Assembly (NCBI RefSeq): GCF_009914755.1
Contig: NC_060935.1
DNA from: the human T2T-CHM13v2.0 reference genome, Homo sapiens
Length of the DNA stretch: 64,000 bases
Direction: 5' to 3' (one strand)
Position 1 is the first letter of the stretch. Every line of letters begins with the position of its first letter. The translations under genes and the position numbers were made by a program. Shown in pieces: positions 1 to 12,743 of this stretch. Below the pieces are notes generated by a model. That model had not been told where the DNA came from. It worked only from the letters and a program-made list of their open reading frames with translations, and did not search any database.

Positions 1-1209
1 ATTTTTTAACTGAGGATAATGTCACCTATTACGTAATCACTTTGTAAATATCATATGCATTTTTAATGACCCAAAGTCAATTTTAGTGTCTTGAGCAGAG
101 AGATTTGTTATCACTGACCTCACAGCAGGAATTTTTCAGTTAATAATCTCAAAACACAGTTGAATATTCTAACTTTAGGAATGCTACAGGCAGAAAGTAG
201 AGAAGGGGATGAACAAAGGTTCTACAGTTGGCTTATTCCCTGTTCAGCCTTGAGATGCTTACTTTTGTTTCATTGACCATTTGTTTTGCCTTGTGTGGAC
301 TGAAGGGGTAAAAGGATAGCTGGGGCCTGGAGAAGTCTGAGTTGTACTGGAGGTGAATCCTACTGAGGAAGCACATTCAGATCATTGTTAACCTTCCTCT
401 CTGAAGGGGAGGCCCTGGGGTGATATATTTTAAAAGAGTTAAAAACTATCTGACATGTTTGCCTCCTAAGCAAGTTTAGCGCTGCTACACAAGCAGCCCA
501 GGGAAGCTGGGAGCGGGTTTAGAAATGTGGAGATAATAAGCCTTGCTCCTTTTCTGCCATAAGAGCATCAGGGAAGCTTTTCCTCCCTTTTGCATGCTTA
601 GAGAAAGGAATTTTATCCAGTACTCTTATTTTATTCTCTTCTTTTTCTTGTTTTCTTTTTTCCTTTTCCTTTCTCCTTAATTCCCTGCTCCAAGTCAGCC
701 ATCCTGTAATGATTATCTGTTGTTGGTAATGCCCAGTGGTGCCAAGCCTTACAAGTCATGAAATTTGAATTGCTCTTTTCTGTCTTCTTTCAGACATCTT
801 CCTATAGGAGTAACGTATTTCCATGGAATCAGACCTTGTCTCTCAGCACTGCATGACCTGTGCTGTTGGCTTTAGTTAGAAAGAGATTGATTTGTCTTTC
901 TCATTTACACCTCATTCATTCTTCCCCACTGGCATCTACTTTTGTCAGACACATACCTTACCCTTCCAGCAGCGTCAACTTTCTTCTTTAGAGAAATCAA
1001 TCACCTCTTTCGATAGGTCTAACGTGACCCACCTCAACCCATCCGAAATTTGATTTTTCTTGGCATGTGTGTTGATTTTCTAGCTTTCCAACCGACATTT
1101 AATAGTCAATTCATTTGAAATTGAACCCATCATACCCTCATCATCACCTCCTCTCCACACCAAGAATGGTAACCTAACTTCTTGATCTAAACTGACAGTA
1201 ACATTCCAA

Positions 1210-2350
1210 AGTCATATCTGACTCCATTTTCACTTGTGCCTTTTATAGCACAAGTCAAGTCCTGGTGATTCTGTCTGTTTAATATTTTACTTATCTTCCT
1301 ATGTTCCTTTCTTCTCTCTATCCATTAATTTTTCTTTAAAAAAAATCTGTCAAAACTTTTCTCTTGTGATTTCTTTAATTGCCTTTCATTCCTCTTCCCT
1401 TTCAATCCATCTTACACCCAAGTGCCAAACTCATCTCTCTGAAGCTTAGTCTTGCTCATGTCCCTTTATTTGCTTTCTCTTGCTGATAGGAAAAAGAAAA
1501 CAAACAAAAAAAAAATGTTCCAAAAGCCTGAATCTAAATCCCAACAACCATATTCTATTAATATTTCTGGGGCTCTTAAGGGCCTATGTTTTCTTAGTCA
1601 CTCTTATTCTATTGTCCCTCTCTTTACTGAAGCTATTCTCTTTTCTTAGCCCCAGGTTAACTCAAAGCAAACACAGTCACTTTTCCCTTAACCACCTTCA
1701 CCCAAAAGTGCCAACTCCATGAAGCACTATATATTAATAGAATTTGCTAAGGATTATCGAAGCAACAGATAGTGGTATAGTTAATAATATTTTATATTAA
1801 AATACATTAGGATATTTGCATCTATGCTGGACAATAGAAATGACTTATTGTGCACTTTTGTTCCTAGCAGCCTTACCCTGTGCTGCATTTCTGAGGCCCT
1901 TTCTAAATTAACAACTCTTTTTTGTAAACCTTACCCGTCTGAGATCATCAATTTCTCATATTTTCTTCCAAGTATAAATTTAGCCTTCACAGATTGATGC
2001 TTACGGGGCCGGTGAAAATGGTAGACAGATATCCATGACCTTCAGAATATAATTCAAGTTCTTTTTTCCTTTATAATTCAGCACCTACCTATTTATCAAC
2101 TCTTTCTATCCCTCACACCTTCCTCACACGTGTCCTTTCTCCAATCAATATTTTAAAAGTTGCAATTTTTGAAAAGCACCATGCTTCCTTTCCTCAGTAC
2201 TTTTGTACTTGCTGTGACTTCTATCTGTGGCATGGGTATAGAGTTTACCCTCTCTCATATTGTAACTTGTTCAGCCCTCATCTTCAAGAAGACTTTCCTG
2301 ATCACTTACCCATTCTGATTCTGTTTCGCTGTTCACCTTCTCTGTACCAA
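1210..2350 (+). mobile_element. L2 LINE fragments (discontinuous, very diverged)
   Basis: L2-like phrases (caagtcctggtgattctg, caatccatcttacac, aagactttcctgatcact). The L2 3' end resumes after the LTR at ~3110-3255 (gatcaataaatgtttctgaatgaat). Boundaries approximate. Confidence 0.5.
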
Positions 2351-2355
2351 GCAAT

Positions 2356-3086
2356 TGAAACTGCTGTTGAAAAAATTATAAGAGTGAGAAAATTATGACA
2401 GTGAAGAGATCTAACAAACTCTGCCTTGTCTTCAACTTCTTAACTGCCCTTGGTCATTCCTGGGCATGGGCCAAGCTAACTTTGAGAGAAATTTGGTTTA
2501 TAGTTTAAGTGATAATAGCCCTTCTCAAAACTAAACCACCTTTATAAAACTAATAAAAGATACAAGGTTAAAATTACCAGAGAGGTCTGAATTCTCCTAA
2601 GATGTAGGCATAGTTAAGTGGTTACCAGCCATTCTTCTAGAGGTCACAAGATTTGTAACTTTCCCAATTACTCCTGTAAACAATATGACTATTGTACACC
2701 CTAAAATTGGTCTTTTGAGATATCTATTCACACTTTTGCACTTTTGACAGCTGGATGACTTCATCTGGACTCGAGACTCAAGAATCAACAGGTCCTGGGG
2801 CCCCCATCCAGAAGTGGACTCAGTGCAAAAGGATCATTTTCCACACCCCTATTATTGCATCCCCAATTAATCAGCAGCACCTCTTCCCTGGCCCTCTGCC
2901 TACCAAACTATCCTTGAAAAACTCTAGTCTCTGAATTTTCAGAGGTGTTAATTTGAGTGAAAATAATACTCCAGACTCCTGTTCAGCCATCTCAACATGT
3001 ATTAAACTCTTTATTACTATCCTCCTGTCTTGATAAATTGGCTCTATCTAGGCAGCTGGCAAAATGAAGCAATCAGGCATTTTACA
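2356..3086 (+). mobile_element. Solo ERV1 LTR, LTR8 family (LTR8A/B-like)
   Basis: TG...CA termini (tgaaactg...tttaca). The 5' part aattataagagtgagaaaattatgacagtgaagagatct and tcattcctgggcatgggccaagctaactttg resembles the remembered LTR8 consensus. About 730 bp. Confidence 0.75.
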
Positions 3087-3255
3087 CTGATCCTGATAAA
3101 AGTCTTTTTGCCTGTATTCTGATAAATAGTTTATACTGTGTTTATTCTTGAGAGCTGAAACTATTTTTTTTATTGAGGTGAATCCTCAGTTTTTACTACC
3201 ATGATAGTGCCCTATAGAAAATAGATGATCAATAAATGTTTCTGAATGAATTAAT

Positions 3256-3480
3256 AACCTATACATACCACCTAACATACTTTAAATCATCTTTAGATTA
3301 CTTATAATTCCTAATACAATGTAAATTCTATATAAATAGTTGTTATACTATATTGTTCAGGGAATCATGACATGATAAAAGTTTGTACATATTCTGTACA
3401 GATGCAATTAAGAATATTTTTCATCAGCAGTTGGTTGAATCCATCGATGCAGAAGCCATGGATACAGTGAGGGCTGACTA
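3256..3480 (+). mobile_element. MER2 (TcMar-Tigger) DNA transposon, 3' part
   Basis: tactttaaatcatctttagattacttataattcctaatacaatgtaaat...ttggttgaatccatcgatgcagaagccatggatac...gagggctgact matches the remembered MER2 right half and terminal repeat. Confidence 0.8.
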
Positions 3481-4714
3481 CTGAGATTGGCAAGCATCCT
3501 CTTATGCCTTTGTTTCACTGTGCAATAAGGGTCAGTGAATCGTTGTCTTACAATACATTGGTAGGCAAGTTTTTAGCCACATTTGGAAAGGAAAAATGTG
3601 ATTTGCAAAGTGAAAATTCACTGAATTGATTTTTTTTCATTTAAATATTTCAGCTTTTAATTTCCTTTCACTAAACCATATTCTCTGTTTAACTGTGGTA
3701 TCGTTTAGTTTTTGGAACAGTTGCTTCCCAGACAGTTGTCTAAACAAAAGCGATTGAAAGGCAGACTCAGAATGTTCCCAAGTTAGTTATTGGATGTACT
3801 TGAAGAGGAGCTTCAGTATGTGCTGTGAAGTCCCTTTTTCCTTTGTAAAGTTAAGCATCACATCTTTTCAAAATCATTCTCCCACTCTGTTTCTGTCCAA
3901 AATATATGTGTATTTTTCTCCCATTGAATTCATTCTGTGTGGCCCATCCAAATAGTCCCTTATCTGGTATTTGTAGAAAACAATCCAATACTTCTTAGGA
4001 GTTTGACTTCCCAAATATTAGCTTCTGTTTGCAGTTATATGGTCTCATACCTTTCAGCATAGTGACATCCAAAATTCTGCTACTTTTATAGAATGTCCAC
4101 TTCTGTGGACATTTAAATATTTCCAAGTTCTTTGGACATTTAAAAATTCATCCTAACATATCTGGGTCTCAACCTCCTTATCTCATAATTGGAAACCTTG
4201 AAGTTTTCATGCTAGAGGCTCTCCTTATTTCCTCAGTCCTCCTCAGAGATGCAGAGAAATTTGACATGGGGATTCATATTTGGAATTTTGCAGAGGAAGT
4301 TTTATTACTATTTGTATGGTCAAAGGATTAATTGGGATGTGCTTAAAAACTGGCTTATAATGAAGGCTTCGTACGTCTCATTTAAATAAATGAGAAAGGG
4401 AAAATAGAAACAATGTACCCCAGAGTTTTCCATTAAACTACTTTGGTCAATTTAATGGGTGATCTTTCCTTTTAGGAGAATTACTTTTCCAAAGTTCTTT
4501 GTGTTAAAATATCCTTTGTCTTCTGAAATAGTGGTGACAGGAGTTGGGTGTTACTTTTAAATGTTCTTGCTTGGAAAAATCAAAAGTTAGGAAACATATG
4601 TTGCCTCTAAAAACATATTTGGAAGATATATACTTGCCTATGAAATTCAAAAGATTAAGAATCACTGTCAAAGTCAGCAGTAAATCTCATCATCAAGCAA
4701 ACTGCTGTATTTCA

Positions 4715-4930
4715 GACACTCTCTGGCACTTTGTACACATGAACTCTTCTAATCTTCACAGTATCTCTGTGAGGCACTGATTTTTAGGTTCATTGTACAG
4801 ATTAAAAAACTAAAAAAACTGAGGCTCAGAGTTTTATAACTTTCTTAAGGTCACAGGGACAATAAATGCTAGAGGCAGGTTTGGGACTGAAGTGGTTTGT
4901 CTGGAATCTGTGCTCCTAAACCTCTCTGCT
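4715..4930 (-). mobile_element. MIR SINE
   Basis: Reverse MIR core: cattgtacagatt...aaactgaggctcaga...aaggtcacag. Confidence 0.7.
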
Positions 4931-5454
4931 AAGTCTGTATACTCTATATTCTCTAATGTCCCACTGGGTCCCTGGTTATCCAATCAGCTGATTCTGTTGA
5001 TTTACTACACTGGCACTGTAGCTCACAGACGTGATGGGATAGTTCCTGTGCAAACATATATTGTTCATGTATACGTAATCTACACAATTTCACTGAGGCT
5101 AATTTTACTGTGAAACACATAAACTAAAAATATAAATGGCAATGCCCAAAAGAGGTATGAAGACATAAGGATATTTGAAGCTTTTAGGATAATCTATAAT
5201 GCATAGAATTTGCTCTATAAATGGGCTTATGAAAGCCATCACTTTTCAATTTCTCTGTTTAATGTTCTGTACTTTGTTGCCTTGAGATAGGTTCCTGCCT
5301 CTTGGCTATTCCTTCAATCTCTATCATTTTCTATTTACCTATCAATGCCTTTCACTCTCAGGGGCTCTTCACATGTTAAGTACAGCTCCTCCCCGCCATG
5401 CCACTTCCACATTATTTGAACCAAAAATAGATTAAGATAGCAGCAACAATGGCA

Positions 5455-5670
5455 ACAATAATAGTTAACATTTGTTGAGCATCTGTAGCACATACTCTGC
5501 TAAACATTTTATATATTCATGTAATCTAATGTAATCCTCACAACCAATTCATCATTACAATCCCCAATTTAGCAATAAGGAAAATAGGCATATGGGAGTT
5601 TGTAACTGGTCCAATGTCATTGAGTTAATATAAATTATTTAATGTGGATTTAAAAGTCAGGCAGTAAAAA
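5455..5670 (-). mobile_element. MIR SINE
   Basis: aatagttaacatttgttgagcatctg...taatcctcacaacc...aaggaaaataggcat is the reverse MIR pattern. Confidence 0.65.
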
Positions 5671-5969
5671 TTTATAAATATTTTGTTCTATAAGAATGTC
5701 TAAAATGTTATTTGCCTAGTCTTCGATCTTATAGTTTTGATAATAAGACTCTTGAGACTTAACATCTGCTAGCTAGTGCTAGGATTCTGGTTGCATTTTG
5801 CGTTTATATTTCTGAATCTTGTTTGTGGTTCCTCAATTGTCTACTGACAAATTCTTCCTAGTGTTGGCTGTAGCATGTGATACGGTCTGGCTCTGTGTCA
5901 GGAATAATGTTTGAAGTGTACAGAAAGAGAACCTGATACATGGAAAATCTCATAAGCATCCAGAGTGTA

Positions 5970-6329
5970 TTACATGGTTTGGCTTTGTCCCAACCCCAAT
6001 CTCATCTTGAACTGTAGTTCCCATGATTCCCATGTGTCATGGAAGGGAAAAGGTGAAGATAACTGAATCATGGGAGTGGTTTTCCCTATCCTGTTGTTGT
6101 GATAGTGAATTATTCTCGTGAGATCTGCTGGTTTTATAAGAGGCTTTCCCCTTCACTGGGCACTCATTCTCTCACCTGTCGCCCTGTGAAGAGGTGCCTT
6201 CCACCATGACTTTAAACTTCCTGAAGCCACCCCAGCCACGCAAAACTGTGAACCAATTCAACATCTTTTCTTTATAAAGTACCCAGTCTCAGGTATTCCT
6301 TCATACCAGCATGAGAACAGACTAATACA
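5970..6329 (+). mobile_element. THE1C-like MaLR solo LTR
   Basis: atggtttggctttgtccc...ctcatcttgaactgtagttccc...gagatctgctggttttataag...gaacagactaataca. Imperfect 5-bp TSD gtgta/gtata. Confidence 0.9.
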
Positions 6330-6708
6330 GTATACTCACAAACAGAGGATTCAATTCACACAGAAGTCCAGTCACCATCAAAGTTCACTTTTGCTAGGAA
6401 TGTACCTAATGTTGAAGCATATACATCTATAAACATATTATACTTTTGTTTTGGTGGAAATAATCAGAAATCAGAAATCCAGAAATAATCAGAATTTAAT
6501 GTTCATACACAGATGTGCATGTTGAAATATTCCAGACACAATCAGGAATTAATCAGAATTTCTATGTTCCTTGCAACACACAGAATGCACATCTGTGTAT
6601 GAAGTCTTATTTTATACATGCCAGTGAATTCGGATCATGTCTTACAGTATCTGACATTTCTTGTCCTGATGAAGTTGAGTGGTTGTAGATAAAAATCAGG
6701 TAAAAGTC

Positions 6709-7720
<1,012 letters not shown>

Positions 7721-9057
7721 AAAAGTCGTGGCAGAGTTAAATGAACTAAAATGAAGTGAAGTGTTTTAGGAAAAAGCTCCTATGCATAGTTTTTCATGAG
7801 TCAATAGGAATAATATAAGAGTTATAGTAGATAACTGAATAAAATATTAGGTTGGGGTTTTGTTGAATATTGTGATAGTTTTATATTTTCTCATCATTTT
7901 AAAATTAGTATTTTTAAAATTTTTACATAATTATCCTTAAATCTTAGCCTGTATCTGTTATCTTCTTTAAAAAGGGAATGAGATGTAAAAAGTATTAGGT
8001 CTATAAACATGTATCTTCTCCCAAAAGCAAAAGACTGAAAGATAAAGTGTATAAATCCCTCCCCTTGAGCAATGGCATAGAACGAGAAAGTGCCTTCTTT
8101 TGATGGAAACTTGGGGAATAAGTTAAGCCCTTTCAGATAAAAGGGGACAGATTTCAGTCATGCAGGCCAAAAATTTGGAAATGGTGAATGAAAACTTAGA
8201 AAATTGTTCTAATTTTGGTGCTTTTTGAACTATAGAAAATATTTCCCAGTGTTAGTCTTAAAGAAGCATATAACTTGTTATCAATGGCATGGAATTTTCC
8301 ATGAACCAATACAACTCAGTGAAACTCAGCTAGAAAAATAAAGCCTTGTTTTTATTATAATTGTATTGTCTCCCTAAGAACCATAACTTTGTAATGTGGT
8401 GCACACTAGTGGTTGATGGGGATTGAGAATTAAAAGGCTAATTTTCCTAGTTCATTATAGAAGAAAAATTATGATACTAATTATAAAATGATTATATACA
8501 GAAAAAAATAACTTAAACAGTATGCTGTACCTTCTAAAAATGTCATGACATTGTTTTAATCATGTAATTTTAAAATAATCTATAGCCATATACACATATT
8601 TTAGAAGCCTTTTCTTTCCAATTGTTGTCCTCGTATTTACTTGCATCCAAACACTTGTTAAACAGCTTCTTTTAGAATTGACAACTCTCAGGACAATCCA
8701 ATGTTCTTGCAAAAATTAGGACTTTCATAGTGAAGCTATACTTTTTTAAGTTATGTTGCACAAGCCACCAAAATGGCTGCATCTCATTAAGGTTCTCAAG
8801 CACAAGCCTTTTGTCGTCTTGACTACTCCACAATACTATGTATTGGCCTTGTCCATGAAAATGAAACAAAGCAACACATGCAGAAATTTGATTTATAATG
8901 GTTGCACCATTACTTATACAACTAAAAACAATGGGAACATCTTGATGTTAGAGCCTTAATCTCTACAATATATTTCACTGCATGGTGTGATAATTATTTC
9001 ATATTTTATCTTGTATCCTATAATCCTTCCTTGGAGCAAAAGAAAATCAAATTTTAT

Positions 9058-9378
9058 ATTGGTCTTACATTTATATTTTTAATTAATCTTGAGTGAATTT
9101 TGGTATATGGTGAGATATAGGGGTACAATTTTATTCTTCTGCATATGACTAGCCAATTTTCCTCACACCATTTATTGAATAGGGTGTCCTTTCCCCAGTG
9201 TATATTTCCATTGACTGTGCCAAAGATCAGTTGATTGTAAGTATATGGCTTTATTTCTGGGTTCTCTATTCTGTAACATTGATCTATGTGTCTATTTTTA
9301 TATCAATACCATACTGTTTTGGTTACTATAGCCTTGTAGTATAATTTAAGTCAGGTAATGTGATGTCTCCTGCTCTTT
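9058..9378 (-). mobile_element. L1 ORF2 fragment (older L1P/L1M)
   Basis: caccatttattgaatagggtgtcctttcccc...ttttggttactatagccttgtagtataattt is antisense L1 ORF2. Confidence 0.85.
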
Positions 9379-9566
9379 ACTTATTTATATTATATTTTGA
9401 CTCTACTGGGACAAAGTGGAGATATAAGAAACATTTACATTTCAATTAAAATTGTGGTAAAAATAGATATACACAAATAAATGTAAATGATTGAAATGAA
9501 AAATTAATACAAATGGCCAATTATATGAAATTTGCTTACCCTCAGTGATTATTACAGAAATATGAA

Positions 9567-9790
9567 AGTTGAGACCAGCCTGGGAAACACAGTGAAACCC
9601 CATCTCTACAAAAATTAGCCAGGTATGTTGGCATGTGCCTGTAGTCCCAGCTACTTGTGAGGCTGAGTTGAAAGGATCACTTGAGCCTGGGAGGTAGAGG
9701 CTACAGTGAACTATTATGATACTGCACTCCAGGCTGAGTGACAGAGCAAGACCATGTCTCAAAAAAACAAAAACAAATACAAAACAAAAC
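9567..9790 (+). mobile_element. 5'-truncated AluJ
   Basis: gagaccagcctggg...ggatcacttgagcctgggagg...gcaagaccatgtctc plus an A-rich tail. AluJ-type right arm. Confidence 0.9.
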
Positions 9791-9860
9791 CTTTAATTAT
9801 GTACGCTTTTTAATAACCAGATTAGCAAAATTCAAGAGGACTGGAGCCAGCTGTCATTAG

Positions 9861-10305
9861 TTTCATGCGCGTCCGTGTGAAGAGACCACCAAACAGGCTT
9901 TGTGTGAGCAACATGACTGTTTATTTCACCTGGGTGCAGGCAGGCTGAGTCCAAAAAGAGAGTCAGCGAAGGAAGATAGGGGTGGGGCTGTTTTATAGGA
10001 TTTGGGAAGGTAATGGAAAATTACAGTCAAAGGGGGTTGTTCTCTGGTGGGCAGGGGCGGGGGTCACAAGGTGCTCAGTGGGGGAGCTTCTGATCCAGGA
10101 GAAGGAAATTCACAGGGTTAATCACTCAGTTAAGGTGGGGCAGGAACAAATCACAATGGTGGAATGTCATCAGTTAAGGCGGGGCAGGGCCTTTTCACTT
10201 CTTTTGTGATTCTTCAGTTACTTCAGGCCATCTGGGCGTATACGTGCAATGGCTTGGCAATTGCAAGGGGATGCGATGGCTTGGCTTGGGCTCAGAGGCC
10301 TGACA
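9861..10305 (-). mobile_element. Solo LTR7 (HERV-H LTR)
   Basis: Minus strand reads tgtcaggcctctgagcccaagccaagccatcgcatcccc...ggtggtctcttcacacggacgcgcatgaaa. 445 bp with a perfect 5-bp TSD ATTAG (9856-9860, 10306-10310). Confidence 0.97.
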
Positions 10306-10469
10306 ATTAGGATGAGGGGAAAAGGTACTTTTAAACACTATTGATTCGCTGGGAATATAACTCAAAATTTAGAGAGAGTAATTAAGCTGTATATATAAAA
10401 TTATAAATGAGCACACTCATACCACAGCAATTCTATGTGTAGTTAACTATTCTGACATAGCACCCACAG

Positions 10470-10772
10470 TGTATTATTCTGTTCTCATGCTGCTATGAAG
10501 AAATATCCAAGACTAGGTAATGTATAAAGGAAAGAGATGTAATTGACTCACAGTTTTGCAGGGCTGCGGAGGCCTCAGGAAACTTAAAATCATGGTGGAG
10601 AGAGAAGCAAACACATCTATCTTCACAAGTTGGCAGGAGAGAAGAATGAAAGAATTGCAAAGTGGGGGAAAAATCCCTCACAAAACAATCAGATCTCGTG
10701 AGAACTCATTCACTATCATAGGAACAGCATGGGGGAACTACACCCATGATTCAGCCACTTCCAACAAAGTCC
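10470..10772 (-). mobile_element. THE1C-like MaLR LTR, truncated
   Basis: tgtattattctgttctcatgctgctatgaagaaat...ggcctcaggaaactt...cagatctcgtgagaactcattcactatc. The LTR 5' end is missing. Confidence 0.85.
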
Positions 10773-11371
10773 AGTATAATTTTATTTGAATTAAAAACCT
10801 TGCAAATTATCACTATAGACTCAGAAATGTCAGGTTTTTAATATCTTCCTTGTGTGGAGGAAAGACAGCAGTGATTACTTTAAAACCTTGTTTGTTTTAA
10901 TAAATTATCTTCTTTCTAAATTTTTGTGGTTAAAGTGGGTTGTACTTGCCACTAAAATACAATACAATAGGCAATGGAAGAAAAGACTAAGGAGAAAAAA
11001 TCAAGTGGGTTTGTGGAGGGAGCTTTCAGTCATGTTTTGTTTTCCCTAACAGTTCTCCAAATCCCTCTCTTTATAGCTCAACATTTTTATAATTATTCTT
11101 TTGTAGAGGACAAGTCCTATCTGCATCTGAAGACTAATGAACTAGTTTATAAAATTTTGGAAATCCAGAGCTAGGTAGAGTGTTCTCTGAAGTTATGAGC
11201 CTAAAGAATTTTGAAGCTTCTGGTTTCAATGTCTGCTAAAAGTAGACCTACAGTGATAGATTCACTGTAGCTGGTACTAAGAAACAGCTGTGCATGTTTG
11301 AAAGCATATGAAGGGAATAAGCTAGTGACAAAGAAATACTATGTGAATTGATCATGCTTCAAAATAATCAA

Positions 11372-11502
11372 TTGGAAACTGATACTAAACAATAACTAAA
11401 ATACTGCAAATAGTTTGGAAACTGATACTAAACAATTACAATTAAAATGTTGCAAATAATTTGAAACTGATACTAAATAATTACAACTAAAATCTTGAAA
11501 AT
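11372..11502. repeat. Minisatellite, three copies of a ~43-46 bp unit
   Basis: ttggaaactgatactaaacaat...aaaat..tgcaaata recurs at 11372, 11415 and 11461. Confidence 0.9.
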
Positions 11503-12743
11503 TCAGTGATTAGAATATTGCCAATTGCAGAAACTGCTCTTCTTGATTAATACGTGTTTGCTATTCCCTCATCTGCAATGTTAGAAAGTGACACTACATT
11601 TTCAAGCTTGGCTATTAATGTAATCAGTGAAAATGTTAATTCAATAACTCATAATTATGATGTACGCATGAATGAGTATTCTAAATGAATATGACATAGG
11701 CAACTAGGAATATAACAAACTTACTAGTTGAAATTATTATTTTTAACCGAAATATGTGTTCACAATGCTACACAAATAAAAGTGTCCTGAAGCTTCGAAT
11801 TTTAGAAAGTACTGAGTTATGCTAAACTAGTGCGTGTAACCCTCAGGATGAGACTACCTCCTGGAGCAATGGAGAATTTTTCCCCTGTTAGTTGTGTGGT
11901 AAACTGTACTTGGCACTCCCTTTGCGGATGAGTGACAAAATAGACATATTTTGAGGGCCCCAGCATTTTAACAATTTATGCCTCTGTTATGTACAATGCT
12001 TTTGTTAAAATAATATGATGGTGATAAGAACGACGATACTCCCTTTGAAAATTACTACATATTTGAGAACAACAGATAAAGAGTTGAAAGAACATTTACA
12101 GTGTGTCAAATAATTTTCACATATATCTTTAACAGAAATATTATTGGCTTGGGTATCCCCAAGAGTTCCAGTTTTCTTTTTAAAAAAACCAATTAAAAAT
12201 TATCTTGATCCCCAATCAGATGTCATATGCAAACGAAAATCCAGTATTCTCTAATCAATATCATTTAAAATTTTCTAGAATCTTTCTTTTTCTCCTAAGA
12301 AACTCTTGTTAAAATGTCTTACTTCCACTTATGTTTCTTTGCTCTTCTCTGTGTAACCTTATTTATTATCTAATCTATATTTATATAAACCCCTCAATGA
12401 AGCTTTTACTTTCCCTTAGTGGTTTTTCATATCCAAAAGAAATAAGACAATTACTGAAAATATTGTCTAATCATGAGACAGCATAGTTCATAAATAAATG
12501 GAAAATTTAACACCTTATAATACATCTTTGCTCTTGAAAGTTTATTGGCTGTTCTTACTGGCAATTTTCCATTGCTCAATTTTTTTGCCTAGTTCTTGTT
12601 CTTTAGCCAATTGCTCAGTCATCTCTCTATCTCCTTGCATTTTTCTCTTTTCTCTTCTCTCTTCTTTCCACTCCCCACCCAGCACTACCTCTTTAGTGAA
12701 CCTTTCACTTTTTCCCTCTTTGCTCAAGAAATATGATTCTTAC

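Noticed and set aside
5878-5900. tgatacggtctggctctgtgtc resembling a THE1/MST LTR start
   Set aside because: Only ~22 nt with no continuation; cannot be told from chance or a deletion remnant.
11372-11502. Repeat array as CRISPR-like
   Set aside because: Adjacent tandem copies without unique spacers, no cas genes, and a primate genomic context.
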